Positions 20,041-30,754 of a stretch of 64,000 nt of DNA are shown in pieces (the first letter of the stretch is position 1; each line of letters begins with the position of its first letter). The DNA comes from a virus. Below the pieces are notes generated by a model. It was not told the DNA's origin. It ran no database searches and saw only the letters and a list, made by a program, of their open reading frames with translations. A program made the translations under genes and the position numbers. The stretch covers positions 1 through 64,000 of the IMG/VR virus record IMGVR_UViG_3300027797_000016. One strand, 5' to 3'.

Positions 20041-20238
20041 TCAAGTGTTTGCTTTTAACTCTCTTTTAATTTCTTTCTTTAATTCTTCTCTTTCTTGTGC
20101 TGCTGCTCTCTTTTTTTTCTGTCTAGATTGGTAAGATGAAACTTCATCTTTATGTGCTTGCATTTGCTGCTGCTGTCTTTGACGAAGTTGTATTGTTCTT
20201 TGTTTAATATCCTCATTAAATTGTTGAAAGGTCTTCAT
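20041..20238 (-). CDS. Candidate capsid-internal protein (MKTFQQF N-terminus)
   Basis: N-terminus resembles the T4 capsid-targeting sequence; late promoter TATAAATA at 20257-20264. Confidence 0.6.
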   Translation of the reverse strand: MKTFQQFNEDIKQRTIQLRQRQQQQMQAHKDEVSSYQSRQKKKRAAAQEREELKKEIKRELKANT

Positions 20239-20263
20239 CTTACAATACTTTTGAGTTATTTAT

Positions 20264-20288
20264 AAAAAAAGAGGGTGGTGAAACCCTC
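20264..20288 (-). terminator. Intrinsic terminator
   Basis: GAGGGT..ACCCTC hairpin followed by a T run on the minus strand. Confidence 0.75.
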
Positions 20289-20323
20289 TGTGTTAGATTG
20301 GGAAGTGTATTAATTGTTTATCT

Positions 20324-21361
20324 TCATTTTATATAATATTTACTTTCAGGATCGTCATGGTGCTTAAACCCACCTTTTGCCATATTATCATACGATTTCT
20401 GTTGCGATGCACTTCTAATTTCTTTATTTTTCTTACCCAAAACATTTTTCATAGAATCAATTCTTTTTTGAAGTCGTGCATTTCTAAATCCCAAATCTTC
20501 GGGGTTTTTAGTTTTCTGTGATTCAAATTCCTTTACTTTAGACTTTACTCTTTTTCTTTTATCTTTAAATGGCTGATACTCCAATATAGCTTCACAAATA
20601 CTTTCTCTCCAATCTTCACTCATATTTGCCATAATAACGAGTGCTGATTCTTGAGTATTTGCATATCCTTCATCAAGAAGATACTCCATCATATAATCAA
20701 AAAGGTCATAAGAGTTGTTGAGTGCTTCTGCTCTTTTACGTGCCTTACTACCTCTACCACTTCCTCCACTACCACCTTGACCACTACTAACTGGAAGATC
20801 AGCACCATACTTACTATAACCTGCTTTCAAATACTTATCGTGTGCTGCTTTGGATTGGTTAGCAACTTGCTTCTGGAATGGTTTATCTCCATAATCTCTT
20901 TCATCTCTCTCTGCTCTTGCACGAGACCTATCTAGAATTTGTCTTTTAGCAGAGGTGTCTGATTTCTCAGGACCTACATTATACTTCTTACGAAGTTGAT
21001 CACCTCTACTTTCTGGTTTTTGTGCCTCTGGTTCTTTCTTTTTACCAAAGAGACTTTTGATTGCTGACCCAATACCTTCATCAAGATAAATCTCAGACAT
21101 TTCGTCCCAAGTATAATCACTTAGATCATAACCTTCATCTAAGAGGTCATTGACCCAGAGTTCAAAGTCTTCGTTATATTCTTTATTTTTAACTGCTGCA
21201 ATTGCCTCTGCCTTAGACATTCCAGATGCAACCATTCTTGCAACTCTTATATCCGCAAAATCATTATCACCATCCTCGTCCTGATCTACTTTCTTTGCTT
21301 CATAGACACTCAAATATGCATCTTGAAGTTCTTTCAGTTGTTTAATTTCTTGTGCGTCCAT
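20324..21361 (-). CDS. Late protein with repeated (Y/L)LDEGY modules and basic low-complexity segments; candidate internal head protein
   Basis: LLDEGY twice, MANMSEDWRESI; late promoter TATAAATA at 21380-21387. Confidence 0.65.
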   Translation of the reverse strand: MDAQEIKQLKELQDAYLSVYEAKKVDQDEDGDNDFADIRVARMVASGMSKAEAIAAVKNKEYNEDFELWVNDLLDEGYDLSDYTWDEMSEIYLDEGIGSAIKSLFGKKKEPEAQKPESRGDQLRKKYNVGPEKSDTSAKRQILDRSRARAERDERDYGDKPFQKQVANQSKAAHDKYLKAGYSKYGADLPVSSGQGGSGGSGRGSKARKRAEALNNSYDLFDYMMEYLLDEGYANTQESALVIMANMSEDWRESICEAILEYQPFKDKRKRVKSKVKEFESQKTKNPEDLGFRNARLQKRIDSMKNVLGKKNKEIRSASQQKSYDNMAKGGFKHHDDPESKYYIK

Positions 21362-22412
21362 TTTACAATACTTTTTAGTTATTTATAATGATACACTTTA
21401 CGGGTTTAGATTCTGCTGGAATGATATGTGTCCTGACTGCATTAAACACGATAAAGCAGTTAGTTATAAAAATAGACAGAAATGCCAAAAGACGGATCAA
21501 AGAAATTTTGTCCGCCTCTTTATTATTCTTACCAGACTTTTCTCCCAGAGCACAATAGATGTAGTACAGGAGACTTTTCTTCCTATTCTTCATAAACAGA
21601 TTTTCTTGATTTAATGTAAGTCAGTTCATTCCACTGATCATTATAACAGAGAACCAGAACTCTATCATTTCTGTGTATTGGACAGAACTCATAGTTTTCT
21701 TTACTTTTTTCCCATACATCAGTTTCGATTGTAATATATTCTTCGTGCTTAAAATACACCCAACCCTCAATACCTTTGGCCCATACCACATAGTCATTAA
21801 CTTTGGGTTCAAAATTCATACAAATATCTTACTTACTATGTTGTAAATGCTTCAACCACTCGGGATTCTTCATTTTCTACAAGTGCAAACTTTTGAGAAT
21901 CAACAACTGCTTGCATAATCAAACCATCATACTTATCAAGGTAATCGTCTCTCCACTCCAAAAGAATGTCGTGAACCTCATTATCATCTTTACCAATAAC
22001 TGTAAGCAATCCTCCGTATTCTGAGGTAGGGAACTTCGGCCAGAAATTAGTCAAATATAGAAACTTTTGAGTCATTAACCTTTTTTATTTAACTTGTTTA
22101 TTATAGCAATTTTGACGCCAAAAGTCAAGTAGAGACTTTGGACCATAATCCTTGTTGAATAAGAATCTTTTTAATTTCTTGATAAATGAATTTTTTCAGT
22201 TTAATATCATTCGTAGATTCATACGCAAGATACAAACGATCAAGATACTCATTTTTGTTTACAATCTTAACAACTTTAGTTTTGGTTATTCCAATGTCAT
22301 TGAGAGTTGAACCTGCTTTCCTACGAGGTTGTGAAACAGCACCAGACGTTCTAAACTTGGTAGAAATCTTTGAGAGATTAGATGTTGCAAAATCAAATGT
22401 CATTTTAGATTC

Positions 22413-22631
22413 TCAAAGAGTTTGCAGAGTTCCATCTTTCTTCAAAGACGAAATAAGTTTTCCAACACTTTCAGTAGATTGAATCTGTTGCTTCACACTC
22501 TCAAGAATATCACAGTGAAAGATGTAAAACATTTCTGGTTTGTATGTATATGCAACACCTACTTGTTTTTCACTCTCATCAAAATAAATCTTTGCAATTG
22601 CAGAGGAGTTTGAGATTTTAAGAACTTCCAT
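22413..22631 (-). CDS. KTSC-like domain protein
   Basis: SSAIAKIYFD...YIF...ESVGK pattern. Confidence 0.6.
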   Translation of the reverse strand: MEVLKISNSSAIAKIYFDESEKQVGVAYTYKPEMFYIFHCDILESVKQQIQSTESVGKLISSLKKDGTLQTL

Positions 22632-22711
22632 AAGAGTCTTTGGTTGATGCTCTTATCATAGCACCAACCCGACCTCCTGGGAGGGTGAGGGGGACAGTTC
22701 AAAAAGTGTCC

Positions 22712-22870
22712 TTAGTCATTCATAATTAAGTTGAACCAAGTCTCACTCATTCCATTGATAATAGCATTTGCAGACTCATTATCATCTGCATATCCTTCAG
22801 CAATTAGATGTTCTACAAGTTGCGAATGAATCTTATACGTTTCTTGTAGTTGTCTTGGTGTTGATTTCAT
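22712..22870 (-). CDS. Small EGY-module protein, 52 aa (not in ORF track)
   Basis: MKSTPRQLQETYKIHSQLVEHLIAEGYADDNESANAIINGMSETWFNLIMND*; late promoter at 22890-22896. Confidence 0.75.
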   Translation of the reverse strand: MKSTPRQLQETYKIHSQLVEHLIAEGYADDNESANAIINGMSETWFNLIMND

Positions 22871-22901
22871 CGCACGAATACTTTTTAGTTATTTATGAGT
22901 T

Positions 22902-23243
22902 TCAAACACCAGGAAGAGCAGCAGTTCCTTTAGGGCGAACATTTTTAACTCTTCCTGCACCTAGATTTGGAACAACACCCATTTCTGGATCAATTTTTAC
23001 AGGAGTGCTAGGTCCAGCATTTGCTTCAACAATACTCTGTCTCCACTCTTCACTCATATTTTCCATAATAACGACAGCATCTTCAAATGTATCACTATAA
23101 CCTTCATCAATCAAATACTCAAGAACACCATCACAATTAAGTTCTTCTAAAACATATTGTGCTTCCTCATAAGAATCTGCATATCCCTCAAAATATAAGA
23201 ACTTAAGAAGTTTGTGATACTCATAGTTGTCTTGTGTGTTCAT
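22902..23243 (-). CDS. Late EGY-module protein
   Basis: FEGYADSYEEA and YLIDEGYSDTFEDAVVIMENMSEEWRQSI; late promoter at 23262-23268. Confidence 0.75.
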   Translation of the reverse strand: MNTQDNYEYHKLLKFLYFEGYADSYEEAQYVLEELNCDGVLEYLIDEGYSDTFEDAVVIMENMSEEWRQSIVEANAGPSTPVKIDPEMGVVPNLGAGRVKNVRPKGTAALPGV

Positions 23244-23260
23244 CTTACAATACTTTTTAG

Positions 23261-23671
23261 TTATTTATTCAAGAGACCTTTCATACCTGTATTTTTTACA
23301 AATGCCTCAAGACCTTGATTGATGGGACGCACTTTAATGTAAATCTCATCAGGAACTTCACCAAAGAAACCTTGCAACCAATTGCATAACCATACAGGGC
23401 AGCAGAGAGTTGTATCAGTATAAGTTGTTCCGTCTTCATCACTCACTTCTTTTACAAGAAGAGTATCATAATCATCAGGTTCTTCGAGAAACAAAGAAAT
23501 CTCAACTTCATCACCTTCAATAGGATACTTTCCAGTCTTGAAGTAGCAATGTTCGTCAATAGCCTCCTCGGTGCCGTTGCAAAGTATTTCTTCAACCGTG
23601 TTTTGGTGTGAATGATTAAAGTGATACAGACCATCCTCACGTTTGATTGATACAACTGTAAGTTCTTTCAT
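23261..23671 (-). CDS. DUF6717-like protein
   Basis: WLCNWLQGFFGEVPDEIYIKV C-terminal pattern. Confidence 0.55.
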   Translation of the reverse strand: MKELTVVSIKREDGLYHFNHSHQNTVEEILCNGTEEAIDEHCYFKTGKYPIEGDEVEISLFLEEPDDYDTLLVKEVSDEDGTTYTDTTLCCPVWLCNWLQGFFGEVPDEIYIKVRPINQGLEAFVKNTGMKGLLNK

Positions 23672-23792
23672 CTCTTGTATGTGTTTTGGGTATCATAACA
23701 TAAAAAAGGTGCCTTGAGAGCACCTAATGGACGGTTTGGAAAGTGGTTTACTTGGATTCTTAATAAATGGTTTTTATTGAGATTCCAAGTAA

Positions 23793-24641
23793 TTATGATT
23801 TATTTTGTTTTCTTTCTTTATTAGTTAAAGTTGTAAATGCCCGAGATGGTGAAATAGCAGTTTCTATATCTTTTAGTTTTCCTCTATTTCTTCTTTCAAA
23901 TGCGTGATATCTAGAATGATGAAATCCTGGAGAATCTGTTGATGTTCCAGATGGATTTGCAAGAGTTAGGTTTCTTCGGTCTTCTCCGTGATATTTTCCT
24001 TTTTTTGCATCTGCTTTTTTCTTTGCTTCTATTTGTTCTGGAGATAATCCCTCAAACTCTTTTGCAGATCTTTCTAATTCAGTTTGATGATGAACTTCCT
24101 TTCCTTTTTGTTTTGCAAGTGTTCTTTTTTTTGCGGTTTTTCTTTGTTCTTCGGGTGTTTGAGTTCCAGTAATTGATACAAGTCTTTCTGCTCTTCTCGT
24201 TCTTTCTGCTACTCCCCCAGATTTTGGTTTAAGTCTCCATTTTGGATTTTCACTGCTTCCTGCATTATTAGGATATTTTTCTGCTGGAACACCCCCATAA
24301 TGTTTCTCAAGTTCTGCTCTACTTGAGAAAAATTTTTGTTCTTCAATCTCACCAAGTGCTTTTTGCTTTCTTAACTTCTTGGGGTTTTTAGTTCTTGTAG
24401 ATGTTCCTTCAAGTTCAGGAAAACTTGATGTTCTTCCAGATGGAATTAAGGTCTTATCTTTTCTAGCAGATTCTCTTCCTGGATAATCTGGATATAGTGG
24501 TGCTTGCCTTTCTCTAATTCTATCCAATAGAGTTTTATAAACAGAATTATCTGGATTTTTTGCAATTAACTTTGCTGTTGCAATTTTCAATCTCTGTGTT
24601 GTAGATGCCTCGTATATAAACTGTTTAAATGTTTTCATCAA
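23793..24641 (-). CDS. Candidate capsid-internal protein with a C-terminal HNH-like motif
   Basis: MKTFKQFIYE N-terminus; EVHH...RNLTL...HHSRYH. Confidence 0.6.
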   Translation of the reverse strand: MMKTFKQFIYEASTTQRLKIATAKLIAKNPDNSVYKTLLDRIRERQAPLYPDYPGRESARKDKTLIPSGRTSSFPELEGTSTRTKNPKKLRKQKALGEIEEQKFFSSRAELEKHYGGVPAEKYPNNAGSSENPKWRLKPKSGGVAERTRRAERLVSITGTQTPEEQRKTAKKRTLAKQKGKEVHHQTELERSAKEFEGLSPEQIEAKKKADAKKGKYHGEDRRNLTLANPSGTSTDSPGFHHSRYHAFERRNRGKLKDIETAISPSRAFTTLTNKERKQNKS

Positions 24642-25387
24642 TCCACTTTCCCCGTCATAAGTCCCGTTTTAGGACTTGCTTTGGTTGATTTTTTACCAAA
24701 GATTTTACCATAAAGTTTTGCTCGTTTTGCTTCACCAGTTTTCTTATCTTCACCCGACATAACGGCAGTCGGTTTTCCTACGACAGTATCTCCTTTTTTA
24801 GCACCTGCTTTTTTAAGTTCTTTTGGAGTATCTTTAATTGCTTGAATAAAGTTTCTACCCCTTTCCATTTGTTGGTCCCTATCACCCTTTCCAACATCAC
24901 TATCCCGATGCATAATATCTACTGTATGAACTCTTCCCGTTTTAGAAGCACCTGATTTAGTCATTTGCTTTTTCAAATCTTTCACCCTTCTTACACTTTC
25001 ACTTGAAGGTGCGGTTTTGAGTTTAGTCATACCAGATGCATTTCTTCCTGCTGGTTTTATTTTAGTAATAAGTCTTTCAGCCTTTGCTGCCTTTCTTGCG
25101 GATGCTTGAGTACGAATGAAATGGTCTTGTTCGGTGCTTCCAATATCATCCTCAGTATCTTCACTATCATAAGTTGTATAATCTTTTGCTCTGGTTCTCA
25201 AATCTTTAGTGGAATACTTACCAGTTCCTTTCAATCCTGCTTTTCTTGCAATTGCAGCAACAGACCTTTCTCCACGGTCCATCTTATTTCCAGCACGACC
25301 TAAAGTTGCTCTTCCTCTAGTTCTTTCCCCACTAGAACTCTCTTCTAGTTCATAACACTCTAAAATAAATTCTTGAAAGGTTTTCAT
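24638..25387 (-). CDS. Basic candidate capsid-internal protein
   Basis: MKTFQEFILE N-terminus; K/R/G-rich. Confidence 0.65.
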   Translation of the reverse strand: MKTFQEFILECYELEESSSGERTRGRATLGRAGNKMDRGERSVAAIARKAGLKGTGKYSTKDLRTRAKDYTTYDSEDTEDDIGSTEQDHFIRTQASARKAAKAERLITKIKPAGRNASGMTKLKTAPSSESVRRVKDLKKQMTKSGASKTGRVHTVDIMHRDSDVGKGDRDQQMERGRNFIQAIKDTPKELKKAGAKKGDTVVGKPTAVMSGEDKKTGEAKRAKLYGKIFGKKSTKASPKTGLMTGKVD

Positions 25388-25391
25388 TTTA

Positions 25392-26072
25392 TTATAGTGT
25401 TGTCTTTTTGCTGAAAATATCCTTCCCTTTATTCGCTCTAGCTGATTTTGCCCAACCCACTTTCATTGCAGGACTTGGACCATCAGTGTTAAAATCACGT
25501 TCTCTCTTTGCCCCTGGAACTTTCTTCTTACCACGAAGTTCACCTGGTTTACCATCTTTAGCACCACTTCCACCACCTCCTTGTGGTTGTCTGCGAAGTT
25601 GTTCTCTCTCACTTCCCCATCCTGGATGTGGAGAATGTTCTGGTGCAGCAGTCATTCCTTGACGCCTTCTTCCTATCACTGCATCTGGATTAGGTCTCTT
25701 ATATTCAGTTTTCTCTATTTCCCATTTACCTTCTGGAGTTTTTTTAGCTTTCTTGCTAACTAGACCAAGATACATTGGAGTTTTTTCTTTCCCCTTTACT
25801 TTATCTTCTTTACGCATCTCGTAAAGATATGCTTCTTCTACAAACTCTTTAAAAGTTTTCATTTTTTTATTCCTAGGAACTACTACACCACTATCAAGAT
25901 TTCTTTCTGCTTCTCCTCTCACCCTTCCCCATCTTTGCATTAAAGCAACACCAGGACTTTCAATTTTTCCTGTTTTTACAAAATCTTTTGGTGATTGTGC
26001 GGCAGATAAAGCCATTGTTGCTGCTAAAAAAGCATTTGCAGCTTTTTCTCTTTTTCTTGCTTCGTTAAGCAT
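25392..26072 (-). CDS. Basic candidate capsid-internal protein; probable start MLNE, internal MKTFKEFVEE at 25862
   Basis: CTAAATA late promoter near 26099-26105, inside the inverted repeat 26087-26121. Confidence 0.6.
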   Translation of the reverse strand: MLNEARKREKAANAFLAATMALSAAQSPKDFVKTGKIESPGVALMQRWGRVRGEAERNLDSGVVVPRNKKMKTFKEFVEEAYLYEMRKEDKVKGKEKTPMYLGLVSKKAKKTPEGKWEIEKTEYKRPNPDAVIGRRRQGMTAAPEHSPHPGWGSEREQLRRQPQGGGGSGAKDGKPGELRGKKKVPGAKRERDFNTDGPSPAMKVGWAKSARANKGKDIFSKKTTL

Positions 26073-26906
26073 TATTATACAAAAAAATAACCTTTGACTA
26101 TTTAGTAAAGTCAAAGGTTATTGTTATTTTTTTTTAATTTGATTAATATGATCCTTATAAAACTCTTCTTGAAACTTCTCTGTATCCATTAGTTGACCTA
26201 CAGTCATTTCTTTTGGAGGTGATGGTTTAGAAAAGTTTTTATGCTTTTTCATTTTTTTAATTTGATTGATTTATTTATCAGCAGCAAAGATAAATGCTAC
26301 ACCGATTACAAGAATTGCTCCTAAACCCATACCTGCAATAAAAGTCATCGCTTTACAGAAAGATTAGTGAACTCTGCAATAAAATAATCAACAGTGACGC
26401 CCAAGTCCGCCGCTTGTTCTTCAAGTTCTACTACAAGATTTTCGTGCAACCTATCAATTTGCAAATCCTTGCGGTCTTCGTTGTAATCAATCATCGTGTT
26501 TGCTCCTTTGTTGTTGAATAAATTGTGCTTCATCCCTGGGTCGTATCACTTTGAAATAGTATGTAAGTGATCCTACCACAAAAGCAACCAAAAGTAAATA
26601 GAGTGAGATTGCAAGAATAACAATCATTTCATCTGTTGAATTGCTTGTTGTTTGTAGTATGCCTTAAACATTGCATCATCACGTTGAATAAGAAAGGCAT
26701 TCCACCCAATGATTGCAGCAAAGGCAAAAAGAGAGCAAAGAATGTACTTGAGTTTCATTGATTGTTGATTAAACAATAGGAACATAAACATAATCAGGAT
26801 GCTTGGATTTGAAAGCATCTACTTGTTCTTGAGTCTTAAGAAACACTGAAAGAGTAGTGTTTGGATGTTCTTTGTAGTAATACTTAACGCGAATCATATT
26901 CATAGT

Positions 26907-27320
26907 TCAGGTAGCAACGGGAACAGGGATTTCTACCACTTCAGGTAGTTTAGTGTTGTCGAACTGGTGCATATTGTAGCACACCCACTGATTGTTTCGT
27001 GTGAAAATGTAGTGATATTCTTCACAACCATCAGGAAGCAGATATTCACACAGGTCAGCATCAAGAAGAGGAGGACAATTTTCACCACGGGAAGAATAAG
27101 GTAGTGGTCCAGTTTCAGGAAGAGTTTCCTGATTAAATCCAAGATTAGTCCACACAGCACTAATGTCTCCACCATCAATCAAGGAAGATACTTTCTCGCG
27201 GGTGTTAAAGTTCTCTACAAGTTTGACTCCAAGAAATTCTGGATAGGAGTCAAAATGATTGTAAATTGATAGAATAGAACCATCAGCAAGTTCAATTCCA
27301 ATTCTTCCACGAGTAGCGAT
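26907..27320 (-). CDS. Conserved phage protein with an ATC start (non-canonical start or fresh pseudogene)
   Basis: Open frame ATC-ATRGRIGIELADGSILSIYNHFDSYPEFLGVKL... continuous with ORF 26907..27182; GAGG SD upstream. Confidence 0.65.
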   Translation of the reverse strand: MATRGRIGIELADGSILSIYNHFDSYPEFLGVKLVENFNTREKVSSLIDGGDISAVWTNLGFNQETLPETGPLPYSSRGENCPPLLDADLCEYLLPDGCEEYHYIFTRNNQWVCYNMHQFDNTKLPEVVEIPVPVAT

Positions 27321-27405
27321 GGGGGGTTCCTCAAATCAACAAAGGTATTATAGGGCATCCACTGGGTCTGTGCGGGGGTCTTGTGCCAGTTCTCCAAGTG
27401 TCCTA

Positions 27406-27816
27406 TCAATTACAAAGAGCATTTCCTACAATTCCGCCAGTTACAGCACCTAATGGAATACTCCACCAACGATTAGAAACTCTGCTAGTTGCTCTATAAG
27501 CACCAAAACCTCCAAGAATTGCACCTATTGGAGCAGCAGCACATTGACGATAAGGTTGTGCTATAGGTGCAGCAACTGGTGATTGTTGCACATTACCACC
27601 ATTAGGACGATAATATGTTTGATTTTGACAATTTACATTATATCTTTGAGTATTTACATTGCCTTGGACATAATTTCCATAGGAATCATAATATCCAGGA
27701 TTATAGTTTTCTTGATAATTGGTACAAGTTTGGTATATATTAGTCTGCTGTGCAAATAATGGTGCTGTGGGCACGAATGTGAGCAGTGGAAGTAATGTGA
27801 GTGGTAGAAGTTTCAT
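27406..27816 (-). CDS. Secreted/membrane glycine-zipper protein
   Basis: Signal-peptide-like N-terminus; GAILGGFG...LGAVTGGIVG. Confidence 0.7.
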   Translation of the reverse strand: MKLLPLTLLPLLTFVPTAPLFAQQTNIYQTCTNYQENYNPGYYDSYGNYVQGNVNTQRYNVNCQNQTYYRPNGGNVQQSPVAAPIAQPYRQCAAAPIGAILGGFGAYRATSRVSNRWWSIPLGAVTGGIVGNALCN

Positions 27817-28487
27817 TTATTTAATTAAGTTTAATCGGGAAGTCTTGCCAAGGATTTTCCTTTTCTGTGAGCATCAACATATTTTCTTGCAGATCCCTCT
27901 GTTCTACAAAGTTTTTCTAATTGTTGTCCCTGATGTATAACAAGATATTGATTTCCATAAGGAACAACTGCATATTCACCTTTATTGATTAAAAATCCAA
28001 CATTCATTTTTAATTACCCAATTCTTTAAGACTTCTTACCAGATATTCGGCAAATTCCTCCATTTTCTCTGGGACCACCGTTTGTGGATATTCATTGATC
28101 GCATTCTTAAGTGCAACCATCTCATTGTATTCTTTTTCTGTAAGTTTAGTGTTTCTTTTGTTTGCGTAGGTCATAGTTTTAATCGAAATATCTTCGTATC
28201 CTAACACTATCTATCTATATTGTTGTATAACTTAATAATGTCTTAAGAGTGTTGTTGCATTTCTTAATCTCCAAATATAGGACCAAAAGATCCACTACTT
28301 CCAGGGTTTCTATTCTCAAGCATATCCATAATTTCTTCGAACTTCTTGCAGTGTTCCATATCCATAAGAATTTTTGAGAGTTGATTTACTACCATGGGTT
28401 TTTCGCACGAAGCAGCAACCCTAATTGCAGCACGAATGTGTGACTCTGCTTCCAGAAGATTTTCTAGTGTTTGTTTTGAAAGAGACA

Positions 28488-28994
28488 TCAAACTTTCCTC
28501 AAAAGATAAGAACCATCCAAATTATCCACCCACTCCACTAAATCATTTTCTTTAAGATTTGCTGCTTCTAACAAATCATCAGGGAACTGTACATAATAAT
28601 CATCTATACCTTCCTCAATTTTCTGCTGAACAGGAAGAACCCACTTAACTACTTTATCACCTTTAATCACATCATCTTCCCAAAAACTATTCCAAGAACT
28701 TTTACATTCTGGTGATGGGTCTTGATTATTGCAAGTGGAAGAAACACTATATTCTTGTTGATGAACTTTGGTTACAGTTTCTGCCCAAGCATCCTTAAAC
28801 TTACGGTCAAACTCCTCAAGGTAATACTGCAAGAACTCATCCGCAGCATACATAAGAGTTTCTGCTTTATCATATTGATGTTCTTGAAGTCTATCAATAG
28901 CACTATCAAGAATTTCACGAGCATTGGAAATCTTTGATGTTACCATTTCTAAATCATTTAGAGTGGACCACACGCGATGGTAATTAAGCGTCAT
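28488..28994 (-). CDS. Protein with C-terminal AbrB/MazE-like domain
   Basis: YYVQFPDDLLEAANLKENDLVEWVDNLDGSYLLRKV. Confidence 0.65.
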   Translation of the reverse strand: MTLNYHRVWSTLNDLEMVTSKISNAREILDSAIDRLQEHQYDKAETLMYAADEFLQYYLEEFDRKFKDAWAETVTKVHQQEYSVSSTCNNQDPSPECKSSWNSFWEDDVIKGDKVVKWVLPVQQKIEEGIDDYYVQFPDDLLEAANLKENDLVEWVDNLDGSYLLRKV

Positions 28995-29455
28995 TTTGAT
29001 TAAGTCTATCTTGGATTGCTTCTCTTACTATAACCTGGATTTCTTTGCTCGTCAAGTGATTTAAAAATTTCCAAGTAGGATCTTTTTTGTCCCAACTCAT
29101 TTCATAAGAACCATCATCGTTTTGAGTAATTTTCAGGGAATCAGTCTCTGGGTTTGGGTGCATTACAGGAATTACAATAGTGGGAATAATTGTGCTTAAA
29201 GAATTTTACAACTTGATAATGTTCTTGATTTAATGGTTTCTCTTCACCGCACTTGGAACAAATTCTAGTTAGGGGTATCCCACTCAGATTTTTCTTGTTT
29301 ACGGAGGGACTTGAGTTCTTTGTAAAGGACACGAATTTGTTGATATGCTTCTTCAGGTGAGATTTTATCAGAGATTTCCAATGAAGCAAGAATTCCACAT
29401 TTATCTCCAAATCTTGCAAGTGCTCGTTCATATTCAGTTAAATTTTCATAAGGCA

Positions 29456-29746
29456 TTACAGGTTCTCCTCTTGTTCAGTCTCAATCAGTAAATCACTCAA
29501 AGGATATGCAACACAAAGAAGTGTAAATCCCTCATCCATTTGAACATCATCTAGGAATGTTTGTTCACTATTATCAATCTCACCCTCAATCACTCTACCA
29601 GCACAAGCACTACAGGCCCCAGCCCGGCAGCTGTATGGCAGATCAATACCAGCGTCTTGTGCTGCATCAAGGATATATTGGTCTTCTTCGCACTGAATCA
29701 CATTTTCAGTACCATCAGAGTTTCTTAAAGTAATCGAATAAGTCAT
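29456..29746 (-). CDS. petF: Plant-type [2Fe-2S] ferredoxin
   Basis: [27 protein letters not shown]...[10 protein letters not shown]. Confidence 0.97.
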   Translation of the reverse strand: MTYSITLRNSDGTENVIQCEEDQYILDAAQDAGIDLPYSCRAGACSACAGRVIEGEIDNSEQTFLDDVQMDEGFTLLCVAYPLSDLLIETEQEENL

Positions 29747-30442
29747 TTTTCCAAAGTATAATTGTTGAGTGATGAGGTTTCTTCATGCAGAATATCTATA
29801 CGTGCATCTACAGCCCTGATATTCTCCATAATTTCATAAAGCACGTTGGTTGTTTCTACATTCTCTTCTTCTAACTTTATAATCTTTTGCTCAAGTTCTT
29901 CTATTTTCTTAAGCAAAACATCAGCAGGAACTTCAGGTAATCCCCACTTTTTTTGAAACCAATTTCTATCACTCATTATAAAATACCTATTTCTTTTAGA
30001 TAATTTCTATACCTCATAAATCTACCAACACTAGGTTGTCCTGGAACATCCAGTTGATAGCATATCTCACAATAACATATCCACTCGTACCATGGTGTTG
30101 TTTCATCAAGGACGTGATACTTCATACTTCTACAGGATTTAATTTACTTTCCTGAAGAAACTGAAGAAACCAACGTGTAGATGCAATACACTGCTCTTCA
30201 GTCAGTGATGTGACCAAAGATTTATCTTCCGTATCATAACTACACCAAGTTCCATATTTTTTATACTTAACATAAAAACAATTGTCTATAAGGTTTTCAT
30301 TCATAATGATTTAATTGCCTCCGTATCTCTATTTTCATTGTAATCAAGGAACTATACAAGTACTGTTGATACTCATTACCATCAAGAAGACGCAAAAGAC
30401 TATCAATCTGCATCATCGCTAGAATAAGTTTTTGTTTTTCCG

Positions 30443-30754
30443 TCATTTTTTAGGTTTACGAGTGCGATTAACAGGTCCAGAGGGATCCAAGTCTTTGGTG
30501 CTCCTTCGATGTCCACCTCCACTTCGATGATCGTCCTTCTCAATTGTTTGTTGTAAACTTTTCGGGTGTTTTTTGCTAGGCTTAATGGGTTTCTCATCTC
30601 TGTATAGAACCTTTATATCTTTGGATTTAAGTTTAGTGGAAGTGATGTATTTTTGCAAATAGAAATCATCTTGGAACCAAGCAATTCGATTTTCTAAAAG
30701 AACTTCTAACCGAACTGGATGGTTTTGATACGGGAAGAGTGAAGTATCAATCAT
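30443..30754 (-). CDS. Hypothetical protein
   Basis: ORF track; FPY..HPVRLE...IAWFQ. Confidence 0.65.
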   Translation of the reverse strand: MIDTSLFPYQNHPVRLEVLLENRIAWFQDDFYLQKYITSTKLKSKDIKVLYRDEKPIKPSKKHPKSLQQTIEKDDHRSGGGHRRSTKDLDPSGPVNRTRKPKK

